Assembly (NCBI GenBank): GCA_964611275.1
Contig: CAZSZS010000117.1
Coordinates: 1-56,091, forward strand
Source: an uncultured Eubacteriales bacterium
Lineage (GTDB): Bacteria; Acidobacteriota; Aminicenantia; Aminicenantales; Aminicenantaceae
Length of the DNA stretch: 56,091 nucleotides
Reading direction: 5' to 3'
Shown in pieces: positions 20,273 through 29,967 of the stretch; within the stretch, counting starts at the first letter, position 1; each line of letters opens with the position of its first letter. The notes below the pieces were generated by a model, which saw nothing but the letters and a program-made list of their open reading frames with translations, was not told the origin of the DNA and ran no database searches. Both the position numbers and the translations under genes were made by a program.

Positions 20273-22066
20273 TCAAGGCTTGCTTTTTTTTAGGAATGAC
20301 TTTAGGTCTCCGGCTGCTTTTTTACCGATAATCTTGGCTATTTCGTTGACAGGGGCCTTAAAGATGTCTTTTGTGGTTCCATATTTCTCAAGGAGCGCTG
20401 ATTTGCGCTTGGGCCCTATTCCTGGAATTCCGTCCAGGTAAGACTCAAAACTCTTTTCCTTACGCCGCTTTCGGTGATAACTGATGGCAAAACGGTGTGC
20501 TTCGTCGCGGATGTGCTGGAGAAGTTTTAATGCGGATGATGTCCTGTCCAATTTAATTCCGTTTTTCATTGAATCCGTGAAAATAATTTCTTTTTTTTTC
20601 GCGATGGAGATAACAGGGATATTAGAGAGATTGAGGTTTTTGAGAATCTTTTGAGCTGCATTAAGCTGCCCTTTCCCGCCGTCTATAAGAATGAGTTCCG
20701 GGAGGGGAATATCGGATTCAGCTACTTTTTTATATCTTCTTAAGACTATTTCCTGGACACTGCGTATATCATCAGAACCTTCTACTGTCTTTATTCTAAA
20801 CTTCCTGTAATCTTTTTTAGAGGGCCTCCCATCCTTGAATACAACGACAGATCCGACAGATTCCTTTCCGCCTGTATTTGAAACATCGATCCCTTCTATA
20901 TTCTTTGGGAGCGAATCCAGATTGAAGAGCCGCTGCAGTTCCTTTAAGGGATTCGGTTTGATTGTTTTCTTTAAAAGGTTCATTTCAGCGTTTCGAACAG
21001 CCAGATCAACGATTTTTCTGTTGTTTCCTCTTTGGGGGATCTGTAACACTATGGCTTTTTTGCCTATATGGTTGAGTTTGTTCAGCAGCTGGTCTTTTTT
21101 TGCCGGCTCTAAAGGAACCAGTATTTCATCAGGGATATCGTTTTGACTTGAATAAAATTCCATTATCTGGTTGTGCAGGATTTTTTTATCATTAGTTTTT
21201 TTTGCACTGACGGTCCAGCTTGAAGACTCGATCACTTTTCCTTTTCGCATGAGAAAAACATAAAAGGCTGCGGTGTCCTGCTTTCTAAAAAATCCGAATA
21301 TATCTTTATCTTCCGCCTTGACAGAGATGAACTTTGGTTTGAGCCTTATTTGGTCCAAGGAGAGAATGAGATCTCTCAGTTGTTTGGCCTTTTCAAAATC
21401 ACGCTTTTCTGAAGCGTCGATCATTCTTGCTTTGAGTTTACTTTTAAGTTTTTCGGTTTTTCCTTCTAAAAAAAGAAGCGCACTGTTGACATTATCCCTG
21501 TAGTCAGATTCATTAATAAGGCCCACGCACGGAGCTGAACATTGGTTTATATCATATTCCAGGCAGGGCCGTTTTCTTTTTCCTGGAATGTCTTCCTTGC
21601 AGCTTCTTATTCCGAACCGTTTGTTTATGAGGTTTATCGCCTTTCGGGCCATTGAAGAGGGAGTGAACGGCCCGAAGTATCTTGCTCCGTCAGATTCTGT
21701 TCTGCGGCAGAGATAGATGGCTGGATATTTATCCTGAGCCGAGACTTTTATATATGGATAACTTTTATCATCTTTAAGCCTGAGATTGTATTTTGGTTGG
21801 TATTGTCTGATGAAGTTGTTTTCAAGAATAAAAGCCTCCCATTCAGAGTCAGTTACGATAAAGTCGATGGTGTATGTTTCATTTAAAATACCGTGGATCC
21901 TTGGGTCGGATGAGGAAGAGAAATAAGATTTTACACGTTCCTTAATGGAGCGGGCTTTCCCTATATATATGGTTTTACCGGTTTGGTTTTTAAAAAGATA
22001 TATCCCGGGTTTTAAAGGGAGTTTCTGAGATGTTTTCAACAGTCTTTGTTTTTTTTTGTCTTTCAT
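20273..22066 (-). CDS. uvrC: Excinuclease ABC subunit C
   Basis: PGIYLF..YIGKA GIY-YIG domain, IEGIDVS, LIDGGKGQL, IRDEAHRFA, HhH. Confidence 0.97.
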   Translation of the reverse strand: MKDKKKQRLLKTSQKLPLKPGIYLFKNQTGKTIYIGKARSIKERVKSYFSSSSDPRIHGILNETYTIDFIVTDSEWEAFILENNFIRQYQPKYNLRLKDDKSYPYIKVSAQDKYPAIYLCRRTESDGARYFGPFTPSSMARKAINLINKRFGIRSCKEDIPGKRKRPCLEYDINQCSAPCVGLINESDYRDNVNSALLFLEGKTEKLKSKLKARMIDASEKRDFEKAKQLRDLILSLDQIRLKPKFISVKAEDKDIFGFFRKQDTAAFYVFLMRKGKVIESSSWTVSAKKTNDKKILHNQIMEFYSSQNDIPDEILVPLEPAKKDQLLNKLNHIGKKAIVLQIPQRGNNRKIVDLAVRNAEMNLLKKTIKPNPLKELQRLFNLDSLPKNIEGIDVSNTGGKESVGSVVVFKDGRPSKKDYRKFRIKTVEGSDDIRSVQEIVLRRYKKVAESDIPLPELILIDGGKGQLNAAQKILKNLNLSNIPVISIAKKKEIIFTDSMKNGIKLDRTSSALKLLQHIRDEAHRFAISYHRKRRKEKSFESYLDGIPGIGPKRKSALLEKYGTTKDIFKAPVNEIAKIIGKKAAGDLKSFLKKSKP

Positions 22067-22067
22067 A

Positions 22068-24059
22068 TCACGTGTTTTTTACCTGAAATTTTTGAATTTC
22101 ATATAATTGGTCACGGTACTTGGCTGCTTTTTCGAATTCGAATCTTTCTGCTGCCCGGTTCATCTTATTTTCCAGTTCTTTTATCTTTTTTGCTATGATG
22201 CCCGGAGATATGTAGGGGAGCTTCTCCTCTGAAATTACCGGATACTGGAAGTAGTCTTTTTCATAAACGCTGTTCAGTATATCGTCAATGTTTTTCTTTA
22301 TGGATTTTGGGGTTATTTTATTCTTTTTGTTGTAGTTTTTTTGGATCCGGCGTCTTCTGTTCGTCTCATTGACCGCAAAGCGTATTGAGTCGGTCACAGA
22401 GTCTGCATAAAGGATCACTTTTCCTGACACATTTCTGGCAGCCCGGCCGAAAGTCTGGATGAGGGAAGTGGAGGAGCGGAGAAAGCCTTCCTTGTCTGCG
22501 TCCAGAACAGCTACCAGGGAGACTTCAGGAAGGTCTAACCCTTCCCTGAGAAGGTTTATTCCGACTAAAACATCGAATATGCCTCTTCGCAGGTCTCTTA
22601 GGATCTTGACTCTTTCCAGGGTGTCTATATCAGAATGGAGATATCGGACTCTTATTCCCAGGTCATGGTAGTATCTTGAGAGGTCTTCCGCCATTTTCTT
22701 GGTAAGGGTAGTGATAAGGACCCGTTCGTTTTTTTCCACTCTTTCTTTTATCTCTCCCATAAGGTCATCTATCTGTCCTTTGACGGGCCGGACTTGCACT
22801 TCAGGATCGATCAAGCCTGTAGGTCTGATGATTTGTTCTGTATAGATATTACGGGTTTTTTGAGATTCATATTCGCCGGGAGTGGCAGAAACATAGATAC
22901 GCTGCGAGACTTTTGACTCGAATTCCTCAAAGTTCAGCGGCCGGTTGTCAAGAGCGGATGGAAGCCTGAATCCATGGTCGATAAGAGTCTGTTTCCGGGA
23001 CCTGTCTCCGTTATACATTCCTCTCAATTGGGGTATGGTCACATGTGATTCATCAATTATGGTGATAAAATCAGAGGGAAAATAATCAAGGAGAGTAAAA
23101 GGAGCTTCCCCCGGGTTTCTTTGGCTGAGATAGAGTGAATAATTTTCAATACCCGGGCACCATCCCAGTTCAGAAAGCATCTCCAGGTCAAAGAGCGTCC
23201 TTTCTTCTATCCTGTTTGCTTCTATAATCTTGTCCTGTTTTTTGAAAAAATTAATCTGTTCCTTCAACTCTTCTTCGATTTTATTGATGGCGTATTCAAG
23301 GATGCTCTGGGGAGTCGAAAAAAAGGATTTGGGGTATATCAAAATCCTTTCAAACGAATCAAAAGTCGTTCCCCTTATGGGATCAATCAACAGAAGCTCT
23401 GTGATTTCCTGCTCATTTACCCTTATCCTGTAGGCATAATCTTCATAGGAAGGAAAAAGATCAATAATATCCCCTCTTACCCTGAATGTTCCCCTTTTGA
23501 ATTCACTTTCGTTTCTTTCATACTGGATATCAATAAGTTTTCTTAATAGCTTTTTTCTTGTGATCTCCTGTCCTGTTTGCAGGAGGAAACTCATGGAGTG
23601 GTATGTCTCCGGTGAGCCTATTCCATATATACAGGACACGGAAGCTACCACAATGACGTCCTTTCTTTGGAGAAGAGAGTTTGTGGCATGCATTCGAAGC
23701 CTTTCGATCTCTTCGTTTACCGTGGATTCTTTTGAGATGTATATGTTGGAACTGGGAATATAGGCTTCAGGCTGGTAGTAGTCATAGTAACTTACAAAGT
23801 ATTCCACTGAATTTTCAGGAAAGAAATTTTTGAATTCCTGATACAACTGAGCAGCCAGGGTTTTATTATGTGAGACAACAAGCACCGGCTTTTCCGCTTT
23901 TTCTATGACATTAGCAACGGTAAATGTCTTGCCTGAGCCCGTGACTCCCATAAGAACCTGGTGGTCGGCCTTTTTTTTCAAACCAAAGTAAAGATGGTCT
24001 ATGGCTTTGGGCTGGTCTCCCTTGGGTGAGTATTCTGATTTCAAATGGAAGCTTTTCAT
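22068..24059 (-). CDS. uvrB: Excinuclease ABC subunit B
   Basis: GDQP, GVTGSGKTFT, YFVSYYDYYQPEAY, DESHVT, GINLLREGLDLPEV, GRAARN. Confidence 0.98.
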   Translation of the reverse strand: MKSFHLKSEYSPKGDQPKAIDHLYFGLKKKADHQVLMGVTGSGKTFTVANVIEKAEKPVLVVSHNKTLAAQLYQEFKNFFPENSVEYFVSYYDYYQPEAYIPSSNIYISKESTVNEEIERLRMHATNSLLQRKDVIVVASVSCIYGIGSPETYHSMSFLLQTGQEITRKKLLRKLIDIQYERNESEFKRGTFRVRGDIIDLFPSYEDYAYRIRVNEQEITELLLIDPIRGTTFDSFERILIYPKSFFSTPQSILEYAINKIEEELKEQINFFKKQDKIIEANRIEERTLFDLEMLSELGWCPGIENYSLYLSQRNPGEAPFTLLDYFPSDFITIIDESHVTIPQLRGMYNGDRSRKQTLIDHGFRLPSALDNRPLNFEEFESKVSQRIYVSATPGEYESQKTRNIYTEQIIRPTGLIDPEVQVRPVKGQIDDLMGEIKERVEKNERVLITTLTKKMAEDLSRYYHDLGIRVRYLHSDIDTLERVKILRDLRRGIFDVLVGINLLREGLDLPEVSLVAVLDADKEGFLRSSTSLIQTFGRAARNVSGKVILYADSVTDSIRFAVNETNRRRRIQKNYNKKNKITPKSIKKNIDDILNSVYEKDYFQYPVISEEKLPYISPGIIAKKIKELENKMNRAAERFEFEKAAKYRDQLYEIQKFQVKNT

Positions 24060-24066
24060 AATATAA

Positions 24067-24075
24067 ATTATAACA
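24067..24075 (-). promoter_or_regulatory. Extended -10 (TGtTATAAT) 7 nt upstream of the uvrB ATG
   Basis: Minus strand reads CTGTTATAATTTATATTATG with no Shine-Dalgarno. Confidence 0.55.
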
Positions 24076-24147
24076 GAATGCCTGGAGAGTTACTAAAATC
24101 CTTCATCCATTAAGGAGATAACGCTTGTAGGAAAAGCCAAAAACTTA

Positions 24148-24177
24148 TTGACAATATCTTGGTATCACTTTTATAAT
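24148..24177 (+). promoter_or_regulatory. Sigma70-type promoter for the CsgG-like gene
   Basis: TTGACA-N18-TATAAT followed by SD AGGAGG. Confidence 0.65.
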
Positions 24178-24197
24178 CTAAATAAATAGGAGGAAAG

Positions 24198-24953
24198 ATG
24201 AAAAGATTTATTGGAGTGATTGGAATTTGTATGGTTCTTCTCTGGATTTGTTCGTGTCAACCGGCAATGACAACCAGAGTGACGAGCACGGGAGGCCCCT
24301 CCATAGACGAGGCTCAGGCTGAAGACTACAATGGTCCCAAAGCAAGACTTGCGGTCGGTGAATTCACAGACAAGACAGCCAAAGGCGGCGGGTCAGGTGG
24401 ATGGTTTAGTATGTTCGGAATGAATTGGGCTCAGATCGGAGATGGGATGAGAGATATGCTGACGACAGCTCTTTTCAATACGAACCGCTATATAGTACTT
24501 GAGAGAGAGCAGTTGGATACAGTTATGTCAGAACAGGACCTGGGAGCTACCGGTAGAATAAAACAGGGAACAGAGGCCAAAATCGGAGAAATATACGGAG
24601 CTGATTTAATCATCACAGCCGCTGTCACAGAATTTCAAGGAAGCCAGTCAGGAGTTGGTGGTGCTACCAGGGTTCTAGGTGTGAACCTGGGCGGAGGAAT
24701 GAAAAAGGGGCATGTTGCCATAGATATTCGCATTATCGATGCCAATACGTCTCAAATAGTGGCTGCCACAAGTGTGGAAGGCGATGCGAAAAGTTTTGGC
24801 TTGGGAGGAGCGACCAGAGTAGGCTCTCTTCCTATTGCCTTGGGAGGATTCAGCAAAACCCCAGTTGAAAAAGCTATCAGGGCATGCATCCAGGCTGCCG
24901 TTGATTATATTGTAACGAAGACACCGCAGTCTTATTACAGATACGACAGGTAG
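24198..24953 (+). CDS. CsgG/HfaB-family lipoprotein
   Basis: Lipobox ICSC; RLAVGEF, MLTTALFNTNRYIVLERE, GADLIITAAVTEF, IDIRIIDANT. Confidence 0.85.
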   Translation: MKRFIGVIGICMVLLWICSCQPAMTTRVTSTGGPSIDEAQAEDYNGPKARLAVGEFTDKTAKGGGSGGWFSMFGMNWAQIGDGMRDMLTTALFNTNRYIVLEREQLDTVMSEQDLGATGRIKQGTEAKIGEIYGADLIITAAVTEFQGSQSGVGGATRVLGVNLGGGMKKGHVAIDIRIIDANTSQIVAATSVEGDAKSFGLGGATRVGSLPIALGGFSKTPVEKAIRACIQAAVDYIVTKTPQSYYRYDR

Positions 24954-25023
24954 ACAGGCCTTTTGTGATGGCAGCCCTTTTTAAAGGGCGGAAAATCCGG
25001 ATTGGATTAAGGCATAGGAATAT

Positions 25024-25410
25024 TCAGTAAGAGGGCTGGATTGAAGAAAGCATTTTTACGCTTCCCTTGAATTTGGCGCCTTCCATTATTGAGATGCGGT
25101 AAGCCGTTATATTTCCTGTCATCTTTCCTTCTTTTGTTATAAAGACTTTACCTGAGGCATGTATGCTTCCTTCTGCTTTTCCTTTTATGGTGGCATTTTT
25201 TACCCTGATATCAGCTTTGACTGTGCTTCCCTGTGCTATGTAAAGAGAGTTGTTTTCAAGAAAGATTTTCCCAGTAAAACGACCGTTTATTATGAGATCT
25301 TCACTGCCCCTGATTTCTCCGTCAATAATAAGAGAGGCCCCAACCTTTGAGTTTTGTGTGTCGGTTGGATTCACAGGTTCTTTGGAAGTCTCATTTTCAT
25401 TCATTGACAT
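25024..25410 (-). CDS. Bactofilin (polymer-forming cytoskeletal protein)
   Basis: IDGEIRGSEDLIINGRFTGKI...GNI...ISIMEGAKFKGSVKM beta-helix repeats. Confidence 0.9.
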   Translation of the reverse strand: MSMNENETSKEPVNPTDTQNSKVGASLIIDGEIRGSEDLIINGRFTGKIFLENNSLYIAQGSTVKADIRVKNATIKGKAEGSIHASGKVFITKEGKMTGNITAYRISIMEGAKFKGSVKMLSSIQPSY

Positions 25411-25444
25411 GTTTTAACTCCTGGGCTTTGAGAATCAGGTAGTG

Positions 25445-25473
25445 ATTATAAAGGGGGTGTTTTTTTATGTCAA
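25445..25473 (-). promoter_or_regulatory. Consensus sigma70 promoter for bactofilin
   Basis: Minus strand TTGACA-N17-TATAAT, perfect consensus. Confidence 0.7.
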
Positions 25474-25554
25474 TAGGATTTCATTCAGATGTGGCTGGAG
25501 TATTTTTTTAAACGGGTTTAATTTTTTGCAGTAAAAAAGTATAATCATAAAAAA

Positions 25555-25627
25555 GCGGACATAGCTCAGCAGGTAGAGCACGAGCTTCCCAAGCTCGGGG
25601 TCGCGGGTTCAAATCCCGTTGTCCGCT
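25555..25627 (+). tRNA. tRNA-Gly(CCC)
   Basis: GCGGACATAGCTCAGCAGGTAGAGCA-CGAGC-TTCCCAA-GCTCG-GGGTCGCGGGTTCAAATCCCGTTGTCCGCT; CCA not encoded. Confidence 0.96.
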
Positions 25628-25666
25628 CTTTTTTTAAATCGCTGTCTATAAAAAATTTTTAGGAAG

Positions 25667-26470
25667 ATGACTGTGAACAAGTGGTTCCTTCTAGTTGAGA
25701 ACAAACCCGGGAAGGGTTCGTACAACATGGCTGTTGATGATTTTTTATTCGAGAGTCTGGGCAAGGAGCCGGTCACCTTTATAAGGTTTTACACATGGAA
25801 AAGGCCTACGGTATCTATCGGGTGCTCTCAGGACATCAGAGAGGTGCTGGATCTGGAATTTTGCCAAAAAAACAGGATAGACATCGTACGGAGAATAACC
25901 GGAGGAAAATTGGTGCTTCACCACAGAGAAGTGACGTACAGTGTGTGCTCTTCAGATGTGAATGTTTTTAGCCCTTCTCTGAGCCGGTCATACAGGAAGA
26001 TCTCAGAAGCCCTTATTGCGGGATTAAACAAATTGGATATTCCTGCTTATCTGGCAAGTGATGATAACCTGTCTTATTCCAGAAGCAGCCTTCCCTGTTT
26101 TTCATATCCGGCGAGAAATGAGGTCAAGGTAAAGGATAGGAAAATAGTCGGAAGCGCTCAAAAAAGAGCCGCGCATAAATTCATTCAGCATGGTTCTATC
26201 CCTCTTGAGAATGACGATCGGCTTCTTCAATCTGTGTCCTTGCTGGGTCAAAGAAATGAGGAAATCAGGATGATCACTGCTTCTCAGGCGGCAAACAGAA
26301 AAATTGATTTTTTCTTACTTGTGAAGAACCTCATTTTAGGGGTCCGAGAGTTTTTTGGTGTTGAGCTGTATCCCATGGGATTTTCGAAAAAGCAAAAGGA
26401 AATTATCCGAAGCATACAAAAGAACCGGCACGAAAACACAGATTGGATCTATAACAAAAAGATGCATTGA
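25667..26470 (+). CDS. Lipoate-protein ligase A / LipM-type octanoyltransferase family protein
   Basis: NMAVD, RFYTW, VRRITGGKLVLH, EVTYS, PCF, KIVGSAQ, QHGSI. Confidence 0.88.
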   Translation: MTVNKWFLLVENKPGKGSYNMAVDDFLFESLGKEPVTFIRFYTWKRPTVSIGCSQDIREVLDLEFCQKNRIDIVRRITGGKLVLHHREVTYSVCSSDVNVFSPSLSRSYRKISEALIAGLNKLDIPAYLASDDNLSYSRSSLPCFSYPARNEVKVKDRKIVGSAQKRAAHKFIQHGSIPLENDDRLLQSVSLLGQRNEEIRMITASQAANRKIDFFLLVKNLILGVREFFGVELYPMGFSKKQKEIIRSIQKNRHENTDWIYNKKMH

Positions 26471-26485
26471 TTTTCCATTTCTTTA

Positions 26486-27400
26486 GTGATACTATTCGAT
26501 TCAATGAACGAAGTTAGAGAACTTGCAAAAATCGAAGCTGACAAGCTTCCCCCTCTGGATACTATGCTCCTTGATGATCTGCATAACAGAGTGCTCCAAA
26601 ATTTTTATTTGGAACTTGGTCTGGGGCCGGTTCTTTATCTTATATCTCCATCCTTTACCGTATTGAATCCCACGCCCAATGAAACCATAAATGATTTCCT
26701 TTCCAAAAAAGAGGAGCTGCTGGAGTATATCAAAGAATTGATCGTACGCAACCTTGCTGTCTATTCTGTTCTGCTTGATGTGAACAGCTATTTCATCGAA
26801 CAGAACAGGTATTTGTTACTGGCCAGGCTCAGAGAAAAAGATTCGGGAGGCCGATGCTACGAAATCAAATTTTACACTCATTCTCCGAGAGAGATCTTGA
26901 CTAATTATAAAGACAAGATTTATATCGGACGTGATTTTATCGATCTATTCAACTTTAAAAGAAAATATTTCGGAGTGAAGGAATTACTCAAATCGCTGAA
27001 ACAACAGAATGAAGCTTTGCTGGACAAGGCGGAAGAAAAGTTAAAAAATCCGGGTAAATACAAGTCCTTTTTTCAAGAAATAAATGAATATTTGAATGAA
27101 ATGAAGAGTGAGAGCACTTTAATACTACAGTCACTCCCTCCTTACCTTGACCTTGGAAAGCTCAAGGGAGAGGATCTAATAGATATTAATTCGCAGTACA
27201 GGACTATCAATCATTATCTCATTGAATTGAGAGATGAGGTTTCCGAGTTTGAAAATGTTCTGTTTGTCAAAGAGGCCGAGTTTGTCCGCTATGTAACTAA
27301 ATATAAAAAAGACCTTGCCAACCTTATTTCCTATTTCAACATAAAGATCAATGGGTTTCTCACTGAAAGAATACATGCCTTGGCAAAAAAGGACTGGTAG
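26486..27400 (+). CDS. Hypothetical protein (helical/coiled-coil C-terminal half)
   Basis: Long ORF with host-like composition directly after the ligase gene; no motif recognised; start could be ATG 26504. Confidence 0.7.
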   Translation: MILFDSMNEVRELAKIEADKLPPLDTMLLDDLHNRVLQNFYLELGLGPVLYLISPSFTVLNPTPNETINDFLSKKEELLEYIKELIVRNLAVYSVLLDVNSYFIEQNRYLLLARLREKDSGGRCYEIKFYTHSPREILTNYKDKIYIGRDFIDLFNFKRKYFGVKELLKSLKQQNEALLDKAEEKLKNPGKYKSFFQEINEYLNEMKSESTLILQSLPPYLDLGKLKGEDLIDINSQYRTINHYLIELRDEVSEFENVLFVKEAEFVRYVTKYKKDLANLISYFNIKINGFLTERIHALAKKDW

Positions 27401-27404
27401 AGCC

Positions 27405-28712
27405 TTAAGACCTCTCTCTGACCAGAATATTCCCATAAGTTGTCACTAAGAGAACAGTGGGTTTTTCGCCTTCCTCTAAGAAAGCGTTGATTATAGAGAA
27501 TCCATTGCTTATTTGTTCTGTTCCTTTCTCGCTGAGTTCCCATTTTATTTGTCCGGATTTAGTCTGGACCTGCATGGGTATTTTTAATCCAGGCGGAAGA
27601 ATGAATTCTATTTCAGCGTACTTTCCTTTCACTGTTACCGGTTTGATGTTTTTATTTGCGGGAGAGAGGAATATTTTTCCGTGAGAAAAAGAGATGGCGG
27701 TACTGGATGAGAAATGGTCAAGTTTGATATTTCTGTATGAACTTGAGATGGATATGAGCTCTCCGAAGATGTTTTCACCTGTTATGTCCAGGCTTTCTCC
27801 TTCAATATCAATATTTCCGTATATGTCATTAAGAAGGATACGGCTGTATTTGTTATTTATGTCAAGATCCTTTTTAGCTCCAGATATATCAATGGGTGAA
27901 TTATCCGATCTGATTTTTGCCGACAGGATATTAGAAAGGTCAATTTTTTCATAGGAGTTTTCCGCTTCTATCTGACCCTTTATATTTCTTCCCTTTATCG
28001 GGCAGTGAAGGCCATCGATGGTGACATCCTGAGATAGTTCTGCCAGGTCTATACTCCCATATTTATTTTTTATGATCGTGCTGCCTTTTATATGTTCTAC
28101 CTGGATTCTTGAGCGGAGGCCGTTTATTTGGCAGTCTCCTCCGATGTTTCCTGCGAGAATGGGGTTATAAGAAGACTCAATACTCAGATTTTCCTGAATA
28201 TTTGAGACAGATACCTTTCCGTTTCGATTTGTGATCTTGACATTTTTGCCCCCATCCAATTCAACCAAGCCGTAAGAGTTGCTTATATCCAGATCCATAT
28301 CCTTTGGGATGTATATTTCCAGGTCAGACCTGATATTACCGCTTGACTGTTCCCCTCTTTCTGCGGATACCATGACTTTTTGTTCATCATGGGTGACAAG
28401 GATTTCTAGTTCATCAGCTATCTCTTTGGCTTTTTCCTCGGTACTGTGGCGGACCTTTTTTTCCATATATATGGATATTTCCTTTTCCTCTGTACTGTAG
28501 ATTTTCAGGTCTCCTTGCTGGTTTTTGATTTCCATCTGCATTGGAAAAGGAGAGCTTACTTTTTGGGCCGATTTAAAGGTGTAGGCATCATAATCAGAGA
28601 AGAACTCATCCCCCAAATCAATATACAGGTCCAGTTTTCCTGTCTGGGCATGGTAGAAGATGATCCCTGCAAAAATGATGACCAGCAAAAGTAAAATCTC
28701 TTTGAATTTCAT
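27405..28712 (-). CDS. DUF4097-type beta-strand-repeat membrane-anchored protein
   Basis: N-terminal TM helix, then repeated I.N.YG.I/V / NRNGKV.V beta-solenoid units. Confidence 0.8.
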   Translation of the reverse strand: MKFKEILLLLVIIFAGIIFYHAQTGKLDLYIDLGDEFFSDYDAYTFKSAQKVSSPFPMQMEIKNQQGDLKIYSTEEKEISIYMEKKVRHSTEEKAKEIADELEILVTHDEQKVMVSAERGEQSSGNIRSDLEIYIPKDMDLDISNSYGLVELDGGKNVKITNRNGKVSVSNIQENLSIESSYNPILAGNIGGDCQINGLRSRIQVEHIKGSTIIKNKYGSIDLAELSQDVTIDGLHCPIKGRNIKGQIEAENSYEKIDLSNILSAKIRSDNSPIDISGAKKDLDINNKYSRILLNDIYGNIDIEGESLDITGENIFGELISISSSYRNIKLDHFSSSTAISFSHGKIFLSPANKNIKPVTVKGKYAEIEFILPPGLKIPMQVQTKSGQIKWELSEKGTEQISNGFSIINAFLEEGEKPTVLLVTTYGNILVRERS

Positions 28713-28713
28713 T

Positions 28714-28914
28714 TTACGTTCCGGTCTTATCTTGGCTGCGCTCTTTTATCCCAAAGTAGAGTTTCCAGATCCCCCAGGCAATGATCACAAGAGGCCACAG
28801 CCTTGCGAAAGCATCCCAAATATCAATATTGATGTTATCAAGAAGGAATATAGCGCCTATGAGGACAAGTATGATTCCCCATGCCAGAGTGTCTTTTTTA
28901 TATTTTTTTGCCAT
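28714..28914 (-). CDS. Small LiaI/LiaF-like (DUF5668) membrane protein
   Basis: WGIILVLIGAIFLLDN...LWPLVIIAWG; SD AGGAG. Confidence 0.8.
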   Translation of the reverse strand: MAKKYKKDTLAWGIILVLIGAIFLLDNINIDIWDAFARLWPLVIIAWGIWKLYFGIKERSQDKTGT

Positions 28915-28931
28915 TTTTATCTCCTATAAGG

Positions 28932-29441
28932 TTATTTTTTCTCCCGGGATACATAATCCACTATGAACTTGAATCCGATGACAATAATGATGAGCGGCCA
29001 GAAGTCAAAGAGAGTATCATAATCAATGATTTGATAGTTTGCCAATAAAAGGATACCACCCAGTACTATGAGAACGAGACCCCAGAAAACGGAACCTGAT
29101 CTCACAGGTTCAGGGATCTCCTCAACAGCATGGGCGCTGTTTTCTATGTCTTTTCCCAGGAGGCCGAGGTTGATGAGTTTAGCTGTATGTACAGCATCAT
29201 AGATCTGATAAATACAAAATCCTGCCAGGCAGAGTGCTAAAAAGGGTTGCCCTCTTCCTGAGGTCTGAAGAGTAACGAGTCCGGAAAAGGCTAGGAAAAA
29301 GAATATAGCCTTTTTTACCTGCCCATTATAAAGAGCTCCGGTTCCAATAGGGAAAAAGAACGTCAGAATGCCGGCTAGGGCAGGAGATTTAGGTGTTCTT
29401 TCCACTACATATTTTTCTTCTTGTTCTTTTTTGTTATTCAT
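28932..29441 (-). CDS. Membrane protein, TM2-like N-terminus plus DUF5668 C-terminus
   Basis: KSPALAGIL..GTGALYNGQ and WGLVLIVLGGILLLAN..FWPL. Confidence 0.75.
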   Translation of the reverse strand: MNNKKEQEEKYVVERTPKSPALAGILTFFFPIGTGALYNGQVKKAIFFFLAFSGLVTLQTSGRGQPFLALCLAGFCIYQIYDAVHTAKLINLGLLGKDIENSAHAVEEIPEPVRSGSVFWGLVLIVLGGILLLANYQIIDYDTLFDFWPLIIIVIGFKFIVDYVSREKK

Positions 29442-29474
29442 TTAAATTCCTCCGTTTCTAAATTAATCATTAGG

Positions 29475-29966
29475 TCAATCATTTTTCTCCCAAAAAAAGT
29501 CAATGTTTTTTATGGAAAAAAGAATGCTTTCTTTGTATCCGGCCAGAGTATTGGTCAAAGATTCGGCTCTGGCGTATAGTCTTTCTGCTTTACTGTAACC
29601 TATATGAATGTGCTGGTTGATGTATTTATTTATTTGTTCTCTCTCAGGATTCAGTGAATAGAGCGAGATGACTGTGATAAGGACGGTTGCGGCGGCAAGT
29701 AAGGGTTGAAGCGCTGGCTTGAGAAGGAAATGAAAGCCAATTTTGGGTTTTTTAGTCGGTATTTTATAGAGTCTTTCCATAAGGGATGGACTCACATCGA
29801 TTTCCGGGATCTGAGCCAGGGAATCCCTCGCTTCTCTCATAGAAGAAAGAAGGCTCGAACATTTAGGGCATTTTTTTATATGGCCATCGACTAGAGCTTT
29901 TTTCTCCTGGCTCAATTCGTTTTCTAAATAAGGAGAAAGAAGTGTTTCAATTTGCCGGCATTTCAT
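29475..29966 (-). CDS. Zinc-finger (ZAS, zf-HC2) membrane anti-sigma factor
   Basis: MKC..LSPYLENEL...HIKKCPKC (HxxxCxxC), single TM helix; adjacent to ECF sigma. Confidence 0.9.
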   Translation of the reverse strand: MKCRQIETLLSPYLENELSQEKKALVDGHIKKCPKCSSLLSSMREARDSLAQIPEIDVSPSLMERLYKIPTKKPKIGFHFLLKPALQPLLAAATVLITVISLYSLNPEREQINKYINQHIHIGYSKAERLYARAESLTNTLAGYKESILFSIKNIDFFWEKND

Positions 29967-29967
29967 T

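Noticed and set aside
24198-24953. Curli secretion system
   Set aside because: Only a lone CsgG-family lipoprotein; no curlin or CsgE/F genes in the window.
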